Notes: generated by a model not told the origin, from the sequence alone. A stretch of DNA of 64,000 nt from an uncultured Bacillota bacterium (GCA_963804645.1 CAWDRG010000010.1:1-64000); one strand, 5' to 3'. Counted from the first letter of the stretch, positions 49,537 through 59,897 are shown. Numbers and translations are program-made.

Positions 49537-49998
49537 CTAGGGCTTCGTGACCATCATGTAGAGGACGATGAGCGGCAGCAGGGTCGCGATGCCGCCCCAC
49601 ATCGCCCACCGCTTCGACAGCCCACCGTACTCGGGCGGGAGCGTGCCGGAGCGGCGCGCGGCGTCAGACGCGGCGAGCATCCGCCGCTGGACCGGGATCA
49701 GCACGATCAGGTAGATCAGGACCGTCAACCAGAACAGGCCCTGCCCGTACTCGAGCCACGGCAGGCCGTGCAGCGGCCACGGGCGCCGCGCGGCCATCAA
49801 GTAGCCGGTCAGCGCGATCAGCACCGCGCCGGGCACCGTGAACACGAGGTCGGTCGCCGCGACCAAGCGGTTCGCGAACGCGATCGTCGCCAGGTCGCCG
49901 GTGCGGTCGGCGCGCGCCTTCCACATCGCGGTCACGATGATGTTGCCGACGAAGAGCACGGCGCCGAGAATGTGGAAGAACTTCACGACATCGTACAT
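49537..49998 (-). CDS. DUF2269-family membrane protein
   Basis: KFFHILGAVLFVG, D..FT.PG, C-terminal MVTKP. Confidence 0.82.
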   Translation of the reverse strand: MYDVVKFFHILGAVLFVGNIIVTAMWKARADRTGDLATIAFANRLVAATDLVFTVPGAVLIALTGYLMAARRPWPLHGLPWLEYGQGLFWLTVLIYLIVLIPVQRRMLAASDAARRSGTLPPEYGGLSKRWAMWGGIATLLPLIVLYMMVTKP

Positions 49999-50129
49999 CG
50001 TCTCACCCAAAGGGTCGTCGAGGTCCTCCACGGACACGTGAAGGTCGGTCCACGCGCGTAGGTTCCGCTCTGGCCGGGCGCACTCCTGTCTTGCCCCGAT
50101 CGGCGCCGCCGGACCGTGGCGGGGCATCC

Positions 50130-50273
50130 GTGGCCCAGGAGATGGCCGCCGCGCAGGCGGAAGCCGAGACCCGGAGTTTCTTCCGCGAGGTCTACGGCTG
50201 GATGATGCCGGGGCTCGCGGCGACGGGTGCCGCGGCGTGGTTCGTCGCGTGCGATCCCACACTCGTCCTCTGA
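50130..50273 (+). pseudogene. N-terminal remnant of a Bax inhibitor-1/YccA-family membrane protein
   Basis: RSFFREVYGWMMPGLAATGAAAWFVA..P resembles the first TM segment of YccA; stops after about 47 codons. Confidence 0.55.
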
Positions 50274-50402
50274 TGTGCTCATCGACGTGGTTGACACCCA
50301 GCGATAGGACTGCGGCCGTGCGCGTGGAATCCGTGTACGGATCGCACCCCCGACGATGCCGGGGAGAGCCCGCAGCAACCCGCACCGTCGGGGAGGTGAC
50401 GT

Positions 50403-52136
50403 GTGGAGGATCGTCCGTGGCACCGGTTCTACGGGAACGCGGTGCCGCGCACGCTGTCGAACATCGGCGGCACCCTCCATGGGGTCCTCGAAGCGACCGC
50501 GCGCCGCTTCCCACATCGGCCGGCCGTGCAGCTTGCCGGCCCCGGATTTACCGGCATCGTCACGTACCGCGCACTCGACCGGCTGAGCAATCGATTCGCC
50601 CGCGCGCTGATCCGGCTCGGGATTCGGCCCGGCGACCGGGTCGCCCTGGCACTGCCCAACCTGCCGCAGTATCCGATCGCGCTGTACGGCATCTTCAAGG
50701 CGGGCGCCGCCGCAGTCCAGGTGAACCCCCTGTACCATGGCGACGACCTCGCGCACGTGCTCGAAGACTCCGGCGCGCGGGTCGTCGTCACGCTCACGCG
50801 GCTCCATCGGCAGATCGACGAGATTCGCGCCCGCACGGCGCTCGAGCACGTCGTGCTGACGAAAATCTCCGATTACTTTCCGCCGCTGTGGCGGACCCTC
50901 TACACGCTCGGACGCGAGCGCCGCGAGGGGGATGCGATGCCGCCCGGAGACGCGCTCGCCTGGCGCCGGCTCCTCTCCCGGGCGTCCGCGGCCGCTCCGG
51001 CGATTGCGGTGGACCCCGGCGCGCTCGCCGTGCTCCAGTACACCGGCGGCACCACGGGCGTGCCGCGCGGGGCGATGCTGTCCCACCATAACCTCGTCGT
51101 GAACGCCGCGCAGGGGGTCGCGTGGTTTGTCGGCCTACGAGAAGGCACGGAGTGCCTGCTCACCGTCGTCCCGCTATTTCACGCGTATGGGCTGCTCGTC
51201 CTGAACGCCGGCGTGCGGCTCGGGGCGTCCCTGCTCATGGTCCTGATGCGCCTCTTCGACGCGCGCCTGGTCGCGGCGCAGGTCCCGCGGTACCGGCCGT
51301 CGGTGTTCCCGGGCGTCCCGGCGATGTACGTCGCGATCAACCGCCTGAAACACGTGGAGCAGTACGACCTCCACAGCATCCGCATGTGCGTCTCAGGGGC
51401 GGCCGAGTTGCCAAGGGACGTCGTTGAGGAGTTCGAGCGGCTCACCGGCGGCCGGCTGGTTGAAGGCTACGGACTGACAGAAGCCTCGCCGCTCGTCGCG
51501 GCGAATCCGCTCTGGGAGGGCAGCGTGCGGAAGCCCGGGAGCATCGGGATCCCCCTCCCGGACACCGAAGCGCGGATCGTCGACATGGAGACCGGAACCA
51601 AGACGCTGGCCGTGGGCGAGCCCGGAGAACTCGTGGTGCGGGGACCGCAGGTGATGCAGGGCTACTGGCACGCTCCCAAGGACACCGCGAACGCGATTCG
51701 CGACGGCTGGCTCTATACCGGCGACATCGGGCGCACCGACGAGGACGGCTTCTTCTTTCTCCTCGACCGCAAGAAGGACATGATCATCACGGCCGGGCTG
51801 AACGTCTACCCGCGCGAGATCGAGGAGGTCCTGCGCCAACATCCAGGCGTGCGCCAAGCGGGCGTGGTCGGAGTGAAGCACCCGATCCGCGGAGAGACGA
51901 TCGTCGCGTACGTGGTCCCGGAGCACCCCGGAGCGGACCCCAGCCCGCTCCGTGCCGACATCCGCGAGTTCCTCCGAGCACACCTGCCGAGCTACAAGGT
52001 CCCGAGGCGCATCGAGCTCGTTGACGCAATCCCGACCACGCTCATCGGGAAGCCTCTGCGCCGCGTGCTCCGCGACCAAGCCGCCCGGGATGGTGCGGAC
52101 GCCCACGCAGAACCAACCGACGGCACCAGCGCCTGA
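50403..52136 (+). CDS. Long-chain fatty-acid--CoA ligase (FadD-like)
   Basis: QYTGGTTGVPRG, EGYGLTE, TGD, DRKKDMI, P.T.IGK. Confidence 0.92.
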   Translation: MEDRPWHRFYGNAVPRTLSNIGGTLHGVLEATARRFPHRPAVQLAGPGFTGIVTYRALDRLSNRFARALIRLGIRPGDRVALALPNLPQYPIALYGIFKAGAAAVQVNPLYHGDDLAHVLEDSGARVVVTLTRLHRQIDEIRARTALEHVVLTKISDYFPPLWRTLYTLGRERREGDAMPPGDALAWRRLLSRASAAAPAIAVDPGALAVLQYTGGTTGVPRGAMLSHHNLVVNAAQGVAWFVGLREGTECLLTVVPLFHAYGLLVLNAGVRLGASLLMVLMRLFDARLVAAQVPRYRPSVFPGVPAMYVAINRLKHVEQYDLHSIRMCVSGAAELPRDVVEEFERLTGGRLVEGYGLTEASPLVAANPLWEGSVRKPGSIGIPLPDTEARIVDMETGTKTLAVGEPGELVVRGPQVMQGYWHAPKDTANAIRDGWLYTGDIGRTDEDGFFFLLDRKKDMIITAGLNVYPREIEEVLRQHPGVRQAGVVGVKHPIRGETIVAYVVPEHPGADPSPLRADIREFLRAHLPSYKVPRRIELVDAIPTTLIGKPLRRVLRDQAARDGADAHAEPTDGTSA

Positions 52137-52548
52137 CCGCCCCACCCCCTCGCTAGAAGTACAGGTCGAGCCCCACGCTCCCCGTCTGGCTCGTCTGTAC
52201 GTGCTCAGCACCGCGTCATACGTGACGGGAAGTCCGCGCCGTACGCGAGACCCGGCGGAGTTTGGACTGCGGCTGCGATGCGAAGTAGATAGCCTGTCGT
52301 GAACTTACGCCGTGCTGTGCCGTCTCCCGCCCGAGTAGCGCTGTTCCACGCCCCGCTTGATTGTCTGGCAGAACGCATACTGCGCGTGCCGGTGGAACGT
52401 GAACGGGCGATTAAGAAGCGCGAAAAAATGGGGACGGCCGTATGCGCACGCGACCCGCCCGCACGGTGTCGGGCGCACGTCTGATGAGGTTTTCCGACAA
52501 CAAAGCGCCGGCCGTGCTACGCGGGACGCGAAGCGGAGGGCGCGCGCG

Positions 52549-53070
52549 CTACCGAAATACCCGCGCGCGGTCGGGCGGCCAGTAGATCATCACCGCTTCG
52601 CCGACGACGTTGGCGTACGGCACGAATCCGAACGACCGGCTGTCCTCGCTGTTGTCGCGGTTGTCGCCGAGCACGAAGATGTCGCGGGCGGGGACCGTGG
52701 TCGGCCCGTAGGTCCCATCGGTGGCGACGTGCAGGTAGGGCTCCGACAGCAGCCGGTTGTCGACGTAGACGCGCCCGTCGTGAATCCAGATCGACTGGCC
52801 CGGGGTCCCGACGACCCGCTTGATGTAGTTGCGCTGTGGAAAGTCCGGCGGGTGAATGACCACGATCTGCCCCTCGTGGGGCTGCGCGAACCGGTAGAGG
52901 AACTTGTTCACGAGCACCCGGTCTCGCGGCAGCAGGTTCGGCTCCATCGAATACTGCTCCACCTGAAACGCCTGCGCCACCGAGACCATGACCACCTGGG
53001 CCAGGATGAAGGCGATCACGAGCGTCCTCAGAAACTCCAGTCCGGCGCGGCGAAGGTCGCGCTTCTCCAT
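52549..53070 (-). CDS. lepB: Signal peptidase I
   Basis: SMEPNL, YIKRVVG, GDNRDNSEDSR; ATG after GAGGAG. Confidence 0.93.
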   Translation of the reverse strand: MEKRDLRRAGLEFLRTLVIAFILAQVVMVSVAQAFQVEQYSMEPNLLPRDRVLVNKFLYRFAQPHEGQIVVIHPPDFPQRNYIKRVVGTPGQSIWIHDGRVYVDNRLLSEPYLHVATDGTYGPTTVPARDIFVLGDNRDNSEDSRSFGFVPYANVVGEAVMIYWPPDRARVFR

Positions 53071-53095
53071 TGGTCTCCTCACCTCGTGGGGCATC

Positions 53096-53187
53096 TGGCG
53101 GAGGGGGTGGGATTTGAACCCACGAGGCGGTTGCCCACCTACACGCTCTCCAGGCGTGCCGATTCGGCCGTGCTCTCGCACCCCTCC
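53096..53187 (-). tRNA. tRNA-Ser (GGA), CCA encoded
   Basis: Acceptor GGAGGGG/CCCCTCC, anticodon arm CACGC-CTGGAGA-GCGTG, long variable arm, GGTTCAAATCC, 3' GCCA. Confidence 0.96.
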
Positions 53188-53197
53188 GGGCGCGCCA

Positions 53198-53206
53198 ATT
53201 ATAGCA
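53198..53206 (-). promoter_or_regulatory. Extended -10 (TGCTATAAT) for tRNA-Ser/lepB
   Basis: Consensus TGn-TATAAT 10 nt upstream of the tRNA. Confidence 0.78.
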
Positions 53207-53234
53207 CAGCGCCCCCGCTCCGGCGGGGGCGCTG
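53207..53234. terminator. Hairpin downstream of the cox operon
   Basis: CAGCGCCCCCGC-TCCG-GCGGGGGCGCTG perfect inverted repeat. Confidence 0.65.
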
Positions 53235-53253
53235 GCCGTGCCGTTCGGACCCG

Positions 53254-54117
53254 CTACTTCGCACGCGATGCGGCGAGCAGCACCGCCCGCTTCGTATAGA
53301 CCTGCGCGAGGTGCGCGCGAAACTCCCCGGACGCGTACACGTCGCCCTGCGCATCCGCGGCCTTCGCCGCGTGCGCGGCCGCCGCGGCGACGGTCTTTTC
53401 ATCGAGCGCCTGGCCGACCAGCGCCTTCTCCACCGCGGTCGCGCGATAGGCCTTGCCCTCGACCCCGTTGATGCCGATCGCCACCCGCTGGCACTTCCCG
53501 CCGCTCACCGACAGCACGACCGCCACGCCGACGACCGCGTACCCGCTCGCCGGGTGCGCGTGCTTCACGTACGCGGTCCCGGTCCCCTTGGCAAGCGCGG
53601 GCACGCGCACCTCGGTGATCAGCTCCGTCGGTGCGAGCGCGGTGGTCAGCATCTCCACGAAGAAGTCCTTGGCCGCGATCGTCCGGCTGCCCTTCGGGCC
53701 CGTAGCCACGATCTGCGCGTCAAGCGCCAGCACCGCCCCCGGATAATCGGCCGCCGGGTCCGCGTGCGCCAGCGCGCCGCCGATCGTGCCGCGGTTGCGG
53801 ACCTGCATGTCGCCGATCACCCCCGCGACCTCCGCGAGGAGCGGGCACTTGTCCTTGAGCACGTCGCTGTGCTCGACCGCATCGTGCGTCGCGAGCGCGC
53901 CGATCGTCACCCCGTCCTTCGAGGCGGCGATCCCATCGAGTCCGGGGATCCGGCCGATGTCGACGACGACCTTCGGCTGCGCGAGCCTGAACTTCATGAT
54001 CGGCAGGAGGCTGTGGCCGCCGGCCAGCACCTTGGCATCGTCGCCGTGCTCCTGGAGCAGGCCGACCGCCTCTTTGACGCTCTTCGGCGAATGGTACTCG
54101 AACGCCGCGGGAATCAT
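53254..54117 (-). CDS. coxM: Molybdenum hydroxylase FAD subunit (CoxM/CutB-like)
   Basis: MIPAAFEYH.P, LAGGHSL, QVRNRGTIGG..AHADPAAD. Confidence 0.9.
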   Translation of the reverse strand: MIPAAFEYHSPKSVKEAVGLLQEHGDDAKVLAGGHSLLPIMKFRLAQPKVVVDIGRIPGLDGIAASKDGVTIGALATHDAVEHSDVLKDKCPLLAEVAGVIGDMQVRNRGTIGGALAHADPAADYPGAVLALDAQIVATGPKGSRTIAAKDFFVEMLTTALAPTELITEVRVPALAKGTGTAYVKHAHPASGYAVVGVAVVLSVSGGKCQRVAIGINGVEGKAYRATAVEKALVGQALDEKTVAAAAAHAAKAADAQGDVYASGEFRAHLAQVYTKRAVLLAASRAK

Positions 54118-54124
54118 CGTGTGG

Positions 54125-56491
54125 TCACCTCCGGGTCTGTGCTGCGTGGATCGCGTTCCAGATCCGCTCCGGCGTGAGCGGCATGTCGAGGTGCGTCACG
54201 CCGAGCGGCCGGAGCGCGTCGAGCACCGCGTTCACCACGGCCGGCGTGCTCGCGATCGTCCCCGTCTCGCCCGCGCCTTTGACCCCGAGCGGGTTGTGCG
54301 GGGACGGGGTCTCCGTCCGCTCGGTGATGAACATCGGGAACAGATGGGCCTTCGGAACGGCGTAGTCCATCATCGATCCGGTCAGGAGCTGGCCCTCCGG
54401 GCTGTATACCGCTCCTTCCCACAGCGCCTGCGCGATCCCCTGCACGACGCCGCCGTGCACCTGCCCGTCCACGATCATCGGGTTGATCACGCGGCCGCAG
54501 TCGTCCACCGCGACGTACCGCCGGAGCTCGACCTCCCCGGTGTCCGCGTTCACCTTCACCGCCGCGATGTGCGTCCCGAACGGGAACGTAAAGTTCGACG
54601 GGTCGTAATACGCCGACGCCTCGAGCGAGGGCTCGACCCCGGGCGGCAGGCTCCACGCGAGGTACGCCGCGAGCGTCACCTCCTGGATCGTCTTGACCCG
54701 GTCGGGGCTGCCGCGGACGGAGAAGCGGCCCTGGTCGAACGTCACGTCCGCCTCGGCCGCCTCCAGCATGTGGGCGGCGATCTTCGTCGCCTTCTCGCGC
54801 ACGCGGCGCGCAGCGATCACGAGCGCCGCGCCGCCGACGACGGTCGAGCGGCTGCCGTACGTGCCCCAGCCCATCGAGACGGCGCCGGTGTCGCCGTGGA
54901 CGACCTCGATGTCGTCGACCGGCAGTCCCAGCTCTTCCGCGACGATCTGCGCGAACGTCGTCTCCTCGCCCTGGCCGTGCGGCGAGATCCCGGTGAACAC
55001 GGTCGCCTTCCCGGTCGGGTGCATCCGCACCGTCGCGCTCTCCCAGAGGCCTCCTTGAAAGCCGACGGCGCCCGCGACCTTGGACGGGCCGAGGCCGCAG
55101 ATCTCCACGTACGTGCTCAGCCCCACCCCGAGGTAGCGGTTGTCCTTCGGGCCCTGCTTCTGGAACTCGCGCAGCCGCTGGTACCCGATGAGATCGAGCG
55201 CCTTCGTGAGCGCCGGCCCGTAGTTGCCGCTGTCGTAGGCCAGGCCCTCGGCCGTCGTGTACGGGAACTTGTCTGACGGGATGAAGTTCTTGCGGCGCAC
55301 CTCGGCCGGGTCCATCTTCACGCGCTCGGCGACGAGGTCCATCATCCGCTCGATCAGGTACGTGGCCTCGGGCCGCCCGGCGCCGCGGTACGCGTCGACC
55401 GGGACCGTGTTCGTGAACACGCCCTGGACCTCGTAGGAAATGTTCGGGATCGCGTAGCACCCCGTCATCATGAGGCCGTGGAGGATCGTCGGGACGCCCG
55501 GGGCGGCGGTCGACAGGTAGGCGCCGAGGTTGGCCCACGTCTTGCCGCGGATCGCCGTCACGGTCCCGTCCTTGCGCGCCGCGACCTCGAAATCGGTAAT
55601 GTGGTCCCGGCCGTGGATCGTCGCCAGATAGTTTTCCCGGCGGTCCTCGATCCACTTCACCGGCTGGCCGGTCGCCTTCGAGCAGAACACGACGATCGCG
55701 TCGTCCGCGTACAGCGGGATCTTGCTCCCGAACCCGCCGCCGACCTCGGGGGCGATGACCCGAATCTTCTGCTCGGAAATGCCCGTGACGACGGACATCA
55801 GGAACCGCGCGATGTGCGGGTTCTGGGTGGTCGTCCACACCGTCAGGTCGCCCGAGCCGCTGTTGTAGCGGGCGACGGTCCCGCGCGTCTCCATCGCGTT
55901 CGGGATCAGCCGCTGGTTCAGGAACCGCTGCGAGATCACGACGCCGTCCCGCTTCGCCTCGGCAAACGCGGCCTCCGCGTCCCCGCCGGCCACGCGCCAC
56001 GTGAACGCCACGTTCCGGGGAGCGTCCGCGTGCAGCTGCGGCGCGCCGTCGCGCACCGCGCGCTCCTGGTCTACGATCGCCGGCAGCGGCGCGTACTCGA
56101 CGCGCACGAGGGCCGCGCCGTCGCCGGCCGCAAACGGGCTGTCGGCGACGACCACCGCGACGCCGTCCCCCACGTACCGGACGACGTCAACCGCGAGCGC
56201 GGGATGCGGCGGCGTCTTGAGGTCGGACCCCGGGATCAGCCACGCCGTGGGAATCGGCTTGATCTTGCCCTCCAGATCCTTCCCCGTGAAGACCGCCACG
56301 ACCCCGGGCAGCGCGCGCGCGGCCTTCGTGTGGACGCGCACGACCTTCGCGTGGGCGTGCGGGCTCCGCACGATCTGCGCGTAGAGCATCCCGGGCAGCT
56401 GCAGGTCGTCGACGTAGGTGGCCTTCCCGGTGATCAGGCGCGGATCTTCCCGCCGCTTGATCCTCGCTCCAAAGAGCTTGCTGACGGCCAT
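54125..56491 (-). CDS. coxL: Molybdopterin subunit, form II CoxL-like (not Mo-Cu form I CO dehydrogenase)
   Basis: RREDPRL, VGGGFGSK, AYRGAGRPE active-site loop, GQG.ET, KGAGE. Confidence 0.9.
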   Translation of the reverse strand: MAVSKLFGARIKRREDPRLITGKATYVDDLQLPGMLYAQIVRSPHAHAKVVRVHTKAARALPGVVAVFTGKDLEGKIKPIPTAWLIPGSDLKTPPHPALAVDVVRYVGDGVAVVVADSPFAAGDGAALVRVEYAPLPAIVDQERAVRDGAPQLHADAPRNVAFTWRVAGGDAEAAFAEAKRDGVVISQRFLNQRLIPNAMETRGTVARYNSGSGDLTVWTTTQNPHIARFLMSVVTGISEQKIRVIAPEVGGGFGSKIPLYADDAIVVFCSKATGQPVKWIEDRRENYLATIHGRDHITDFEVAARKDGTVTAIRGKTWANLGAYLSTAAPGVPTILHGLMMTGCYAIPNISYEVQGVFTNTVPVDAYRGAGRPEATYLIERMMDLVAERVKMDPAEVRRKNFIPSDKFPYTTAEGLAYDSGNYGPALTKALDLIGYQRLREFQKQGPKDNRYLGVGLSTYVEICGLGPSKVAGAVGFQGGLWESATVRMHPTGKATVFTGISPHGQGEETTFAQIVAEELGLPVDDIEVVHGDTGAVSMGWGTYGSRSTVVGGAALVIAARRVREKATKIAAHMLEAAEADVTFDQGRFSVRGSPDRVKTIQEVTLAAYLAWSLPPGVEPSLEASAYYDPSNFTFPFGTHIAAVKVNADTGEVELRRYVAVDDCGRVINPMIVDGQVHGGVVQGIAQALWEGAVYSPEGQLLTGSMMDYAVPKAHLFPMFITERTETPSPHNPLGVKGAGETGTIASTPAVVNAVLDALRPLGVTHLDMPLTPERIWNAIHAAQTRR

Positions 56492-56509
56492 GACGTCCCC
56501 CCCGTGGCG

Positions 56510-57001
56510 CTACCGCGCCGCCTTCTGTGGAGATTCGCCGCGCATCTTCTTGGCCGCGTACTGGATCGCGTTGACGATGTGCTGGTACCCGGTGCAGCGG
56601 CAGAGGTTCCCCTCGAGCCCCGCGCGGATCTCCGCCTCGGTCGGGTTCGGGTTGCGGTGCAGCAGCTCCACGGCCGTCAGCATCATCCCCGGCGTGCAGA
56701 ACCCGCACTGCAGCCCGTGCTCCTCCCAGAACCCTTCCTGGATCGGATGCAGGTCCCCGTTCTTCGCCAGCCCCTCGACGGTGGTGAACGAGGCCCCGTC
56801 CGCCTGCACCGCGAGCAGCGTGCACGACTTCACGGCCTTGCCGTCCATCAGAATCGTGCACGCGCCGCAGTTGCTCGTGTCGCAGCCGACGTGGGTGCCG
56901 GTCAGGCCCAGCACGTCGCGGATGTAGTGTACCAGCAGCAGCCGCGGCTCGACCTCGTGCGAATCGGTGTGGCCGTTCACCGTGATCGTCACGCGATTCA
57001 C
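56510..57001 (-). CDS. coxS: 2x[2Fe-2S] subunit (CoxS/CutC-like)
   Basis: [28 protein letters not shown] start after AAGGAGGG. Confidence 0.92.
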   Translation of the reverse strand: MNRVTITVNGHTDSHEVEPRLLLVHYIRDVLGLTGTHVGCDTSNCGACTILMDGKAVKSCTLLAVQADGASFTTVEGLAKNGDLHPIQEGFWEEHGLQCGFCTPGMMLTAVELLHRNPNPTEAEIRAGLEGNLCRCTGYQHIVNAIQYAAKKMRGESPQKAAR

Positions 57002-57352
57002 CGTTCGTCCCTCCTTCATCCGTGGTGCCGGGATGCGCCGACGAGCGGGCGCTCGGCGCGCGCGGTCCGTCATGTTCGCAGGACCGCGATGCCAGACTCT
57101 CGTACCCGAGGCGTACACACGAGCAAGTGCGCAGCGATGAGCGACGGGCCCGGAGGATGGTCAGAAGATGCCGGGGCAGCGGTCGCGGTTGGGCCGTCGT
57201 CGTGGTCCTCGCCGTGTCTCGTTCGCGACGCGGGGGGGACTTCCTCCTCTCCATACAAGGGGCCCGCCGCGCCGCCCCGGGACGCTCGCCGCCCCGGCCC
57301 GGTGCGGTATACTGGTCCCCGCGGCGCCGCCGCACCGTCTCCGGGAGGATTC

Positions 57353-58234
57353 ATGCCGACGAGCTCGCGCATCGCCTGTCCCGCGGGCTTCGAGTTCCTG
57401 CGCACGATCGAGGTGCTGCGCCGGGGGCCGCACGACCCGCTCCACTGGTGCGACGGCCGGCGCTGGCGCCGCCTGTTCGCCTTCGACGGCCGCGTCGTGC
57501 TCGTCGAAGCGACGTGCGGGCGGACCGTGACCGTCCGGCGCCTGGCCGGCGACGCGCCGCCGGAGGTGGTCCGGCGGCTCGTAACGCGCGTGCTCGGCCT
57601 CGACGACCCCGGCCCGGTGCGGCTCCGCGGCCTGCCGGCGTCCGTCCGCCGCGTCGCGCGCGCGCACCGCGGCCTCTCGCTGCCCGGCCACGGGACCCTG
57701 TTCGAGGCGCTGGTGCAGACGGTCCTCGGACAGCAGATCCACGCGAAGGTCGCGAACCGCCACCGCGCGGCGTTCATCTACGCGTTCGGCATCCGGTACG
57801 ATTATCGCGGGCGCGGCTACTGGGCGTACCCCACGCCGGAGCGCCTCGTCGGGGTCCGCGTCCCGACGATCCGCGCGCTCGGCATCAGCACCGCAAAAGC
57901 GCGCGCCATCGTCGCGATCGCGAAGAGCCTCCGGACGGGCCGCCTCGTGGAGGACGCGATCGCGCGCATGCCCGCAGAGGAGGCGATCGCCGCGATGAGC
58001 GCCCTGCCAGGGATCGGACGGTGGACGAGCGAGTGGGTGCTGCTGCGCGGATTTCGGCGGTTCGATGTCGTGCCGGCCGGAGATCTCGCGATCCGCAAAG
58101 CCGTGGCGTGGTCCCTCGGCCGGACGCGCCTCCTCACTGAGCGCCAGGTGCGGGCGGCGGTGCGCGGCTGGGCCCCGCACGGGGGCCTCGTGACGTACCG
58201 CGCGCTCTACGCCCACCGCCAGACGGTCGGATAG
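57353..58234 (+). CDS. DNA-3-methyladenine glycosylase (AlkA-like, HhH-GPD)
   Basis: FEAL...LGQQI, YPTPE, LPGIGRWT, PAGDL; ATG after GGGAGG. Confidence 0.88.
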   Translation: MPTSSRIACPAGFEFLRTIEVLRRGPHDPLHWCDGRRWRRLFAFDGRVVLVEATCGRTVTVRRLAGDAPPEVVRRLVTRVLGLDDPGPVRLRGLPASVRRVARAHRGLSLPGHGTLFEALVQTVLGQQIHAKVANRHRAAFIYAFGIRYDYRGRGYWAYPTPERLVGVRVPTIRALGISTAKARAIVAIAKSLRTGRLVEDAIARMPAEEAIAAMSALPGIGRWTSEWVLLRGFRRFDVVPAGDLAIRKAVAWSLGRTRLLTERQVRAAVRGWAPHGGLVTYRALYAHRQTVG

Positions 58235-58239
58235 CGCCG

Positions 58240-59433
58240 ATGCCGTCGACCCCGCCGGATGAGCTGATCCGCCGCGCCGCGTCGCTGCAGCGGCATCTCG
58301 AGCAACTCGCGCTGGACGCGGCGCTCATCACCCAGAACGTCGACCTCTTCTACTTCGCGGGCAGCATGCAATCCGGCGTCCTCGTCGTGCCGGCGCGCGG
58401 CCGCGCGGCCTACGGCGTCCGGCGCGTGCTCGAACGGGCGCGCAGCGAGAGCGCGCTCGACCAGGTCCTCCCCCTGCCGAGCTTCCGCGGCCTGGCGGCG
58501 CTCGTGCGCGACGCCGTGGGCGGGCCGGTCCGCCGGGTGGGGGTCGAGCTCGACGTGCTGCCCGTCCAGGTGCGCGACCGCCTCGCGGCGGCGCTGCCGG
58601 ACGTGGAGCTCGTGGATGTGTCGGCCGCGATCCGCACCGTCCGGACCGTCAAGTCCCCCTACGAGCTCGACAAGATGCGCGCCGCCGCGGTCCTCGCCGA
58701 GGCGATGCTGCACGCCGCGGTCGGCGCCCTGCGCGAGGGCATGACGGAGCTCGAGCTGTCGGGTGTGGTCGAAGCGGCGGCGCGGCGGGGTGGACATCAG
58801 GGCGTCGTCCGCGCCCGCGGCTGGAATCAGGAGGTCTACTACGGACATCTGCTGGCCGGCCCCTCGGGCGCGGTCGAGAGCGCGCCCGACACGCCCCTCG
58901 CCGGCGAGGGCCCGAGCGCGGCCGTGCCGTTTGGGGCCGGACACCGGCGCATCGCCGCGGGCGACCCCGTGATCCTCGACTACACCGGAGTGCTCGACGG
59001 CTACATCTGCGACCAGACGCGCACGCTCGTGATCGGGGCGCTGCCCGAGCCGCTCGCCGCGGCGCACGACGCGGCGGTCGCGGTGCTCGGGACGGTCGCG
59101 GACGCGATCCGGCCGGGCGTCACGCCGGCATCGCTGTACCGGCTCGCGGTCGAGCGTGCCGGCGGACTTGGGTACGCGGCCGCGTTCATGGGAGCCGGCC
59201 CCCTGCGCGCCCGGTACGTCGGGCACGGCGTCGGCCTGGAGCTCGACGAGTGGCCGGTACTGGCGGAGGGATTCACGGAGCCGCTCGTCCCCGGCGTCGT
59301 GTTGGCGATCGAACCCAAAATGGTGTTCCCGGGCGTAGGCGCGGTCGGGATCGAGGATCAGTTCGCCGTCACGTCCGACGGCGCCGAGCGGATCACGCGG
59401 CCGGCGCAGCGGGTATTCGCCGTCAAGCGCTGA
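58240..59433 (+). CDS. Xaa-Pro peptidase family (M24)
   Basis: D.....DGY..D.TRT, GHGVGL, IEP and GIED metal ligands. Confidence 0.9.
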   Translation: MPSTPPDELIRRAASLQRHLEQLALDAALITQNVDLFYFAGSMQSGVLVVPARGRAAYGVRRVLERARSESALDQVLPLPSFRGLAALVRDAVGGPVRRVGVELDVLPVQVRDRLAAALPDVELVDVSAAIRTVRTVKSPYELDKMRAAAVLAEAMLHAAVGALREGMTELELSGVVEAAARRGGHQGVVRARGWNQEVYYGHLLAGPSGAVESAPDTPLAGEGPSAAVPFGAGHRRIAAGDPVILDYTGVLDGYICDQTRTLVIGALPEPLAAAHDAAVAVLGTVADAIRPGVTPASLYRLAVERAGGLGYAAAFMGAGPLRARYVGHGVGLELDEWPVLAEGFTEPLVPGVVLAIEPKMVFPGVGAVGIEDQFAVTSDGAERITRPAQRVFAVKR

Positions 59434-59468
59434 GGAACGCAATCAAGGGACACCGACGGGAGAACGTC

Positions 59469-59897
59469 ATGCACATGCCAATGCCGCTAGTGTATCGAAC
59501 GGTGTGTACGGCGTCTTCAATCGCAATGCTGCTTTCCCTACCGTATTGGGCATATGCGAATGGCGCTGACTCGCCAGAAAAATTAGCGGCAACCATAGAA
59601 ACCGCCTATGCATCGAAAGACAAGACCGCCTTGAACGCCCGGTATCTGCCGCGTCGTGAGAGACAGCAGATCGATGCGACCGTGTCGGTTGTGCCTCAGG
59701 ATTTTGGCCGGAGCGTACAATCCGTAGAGTGGAAAAACACACGAACACCAACCAGCCCGCTGGTTCCTACACAGGGGCGAATGGTATTGTGCATACGTAT
59801 TGTCCTGTGTCCGCAGGCACGATCACCGTCACGTGTGCCGATACATCCCCGGCGGTCTTCCAGTAGGGTGAAGAGAATGGCAGGTGTTATCTGGTGA
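59469..59897 (+). pseudogene. Lower-GC hypothetical secreted protein, probably degenerate
   Basis: Signal-like SSIAMLLSLPYWAYA then SPEKLAATIETAY; C-terminal half looks out of frame. Confidence 0.35.

Noticed and set aside
52141..52155. CCCACCCCCTC matching the 3' end of tRNA-Ser, a possible att site
   Set aside because: Only 11 low-complexity bases, inverted relative to the tRNA, and no integrase is present
52474..52505. CTGATGAG-G-TTTT-CC-GAC resembling a hammerhead ribozyme core
   Set aside because: The required GAAA is GACA, stem II is only 2 bp, and stems I and III do not pair convincingly
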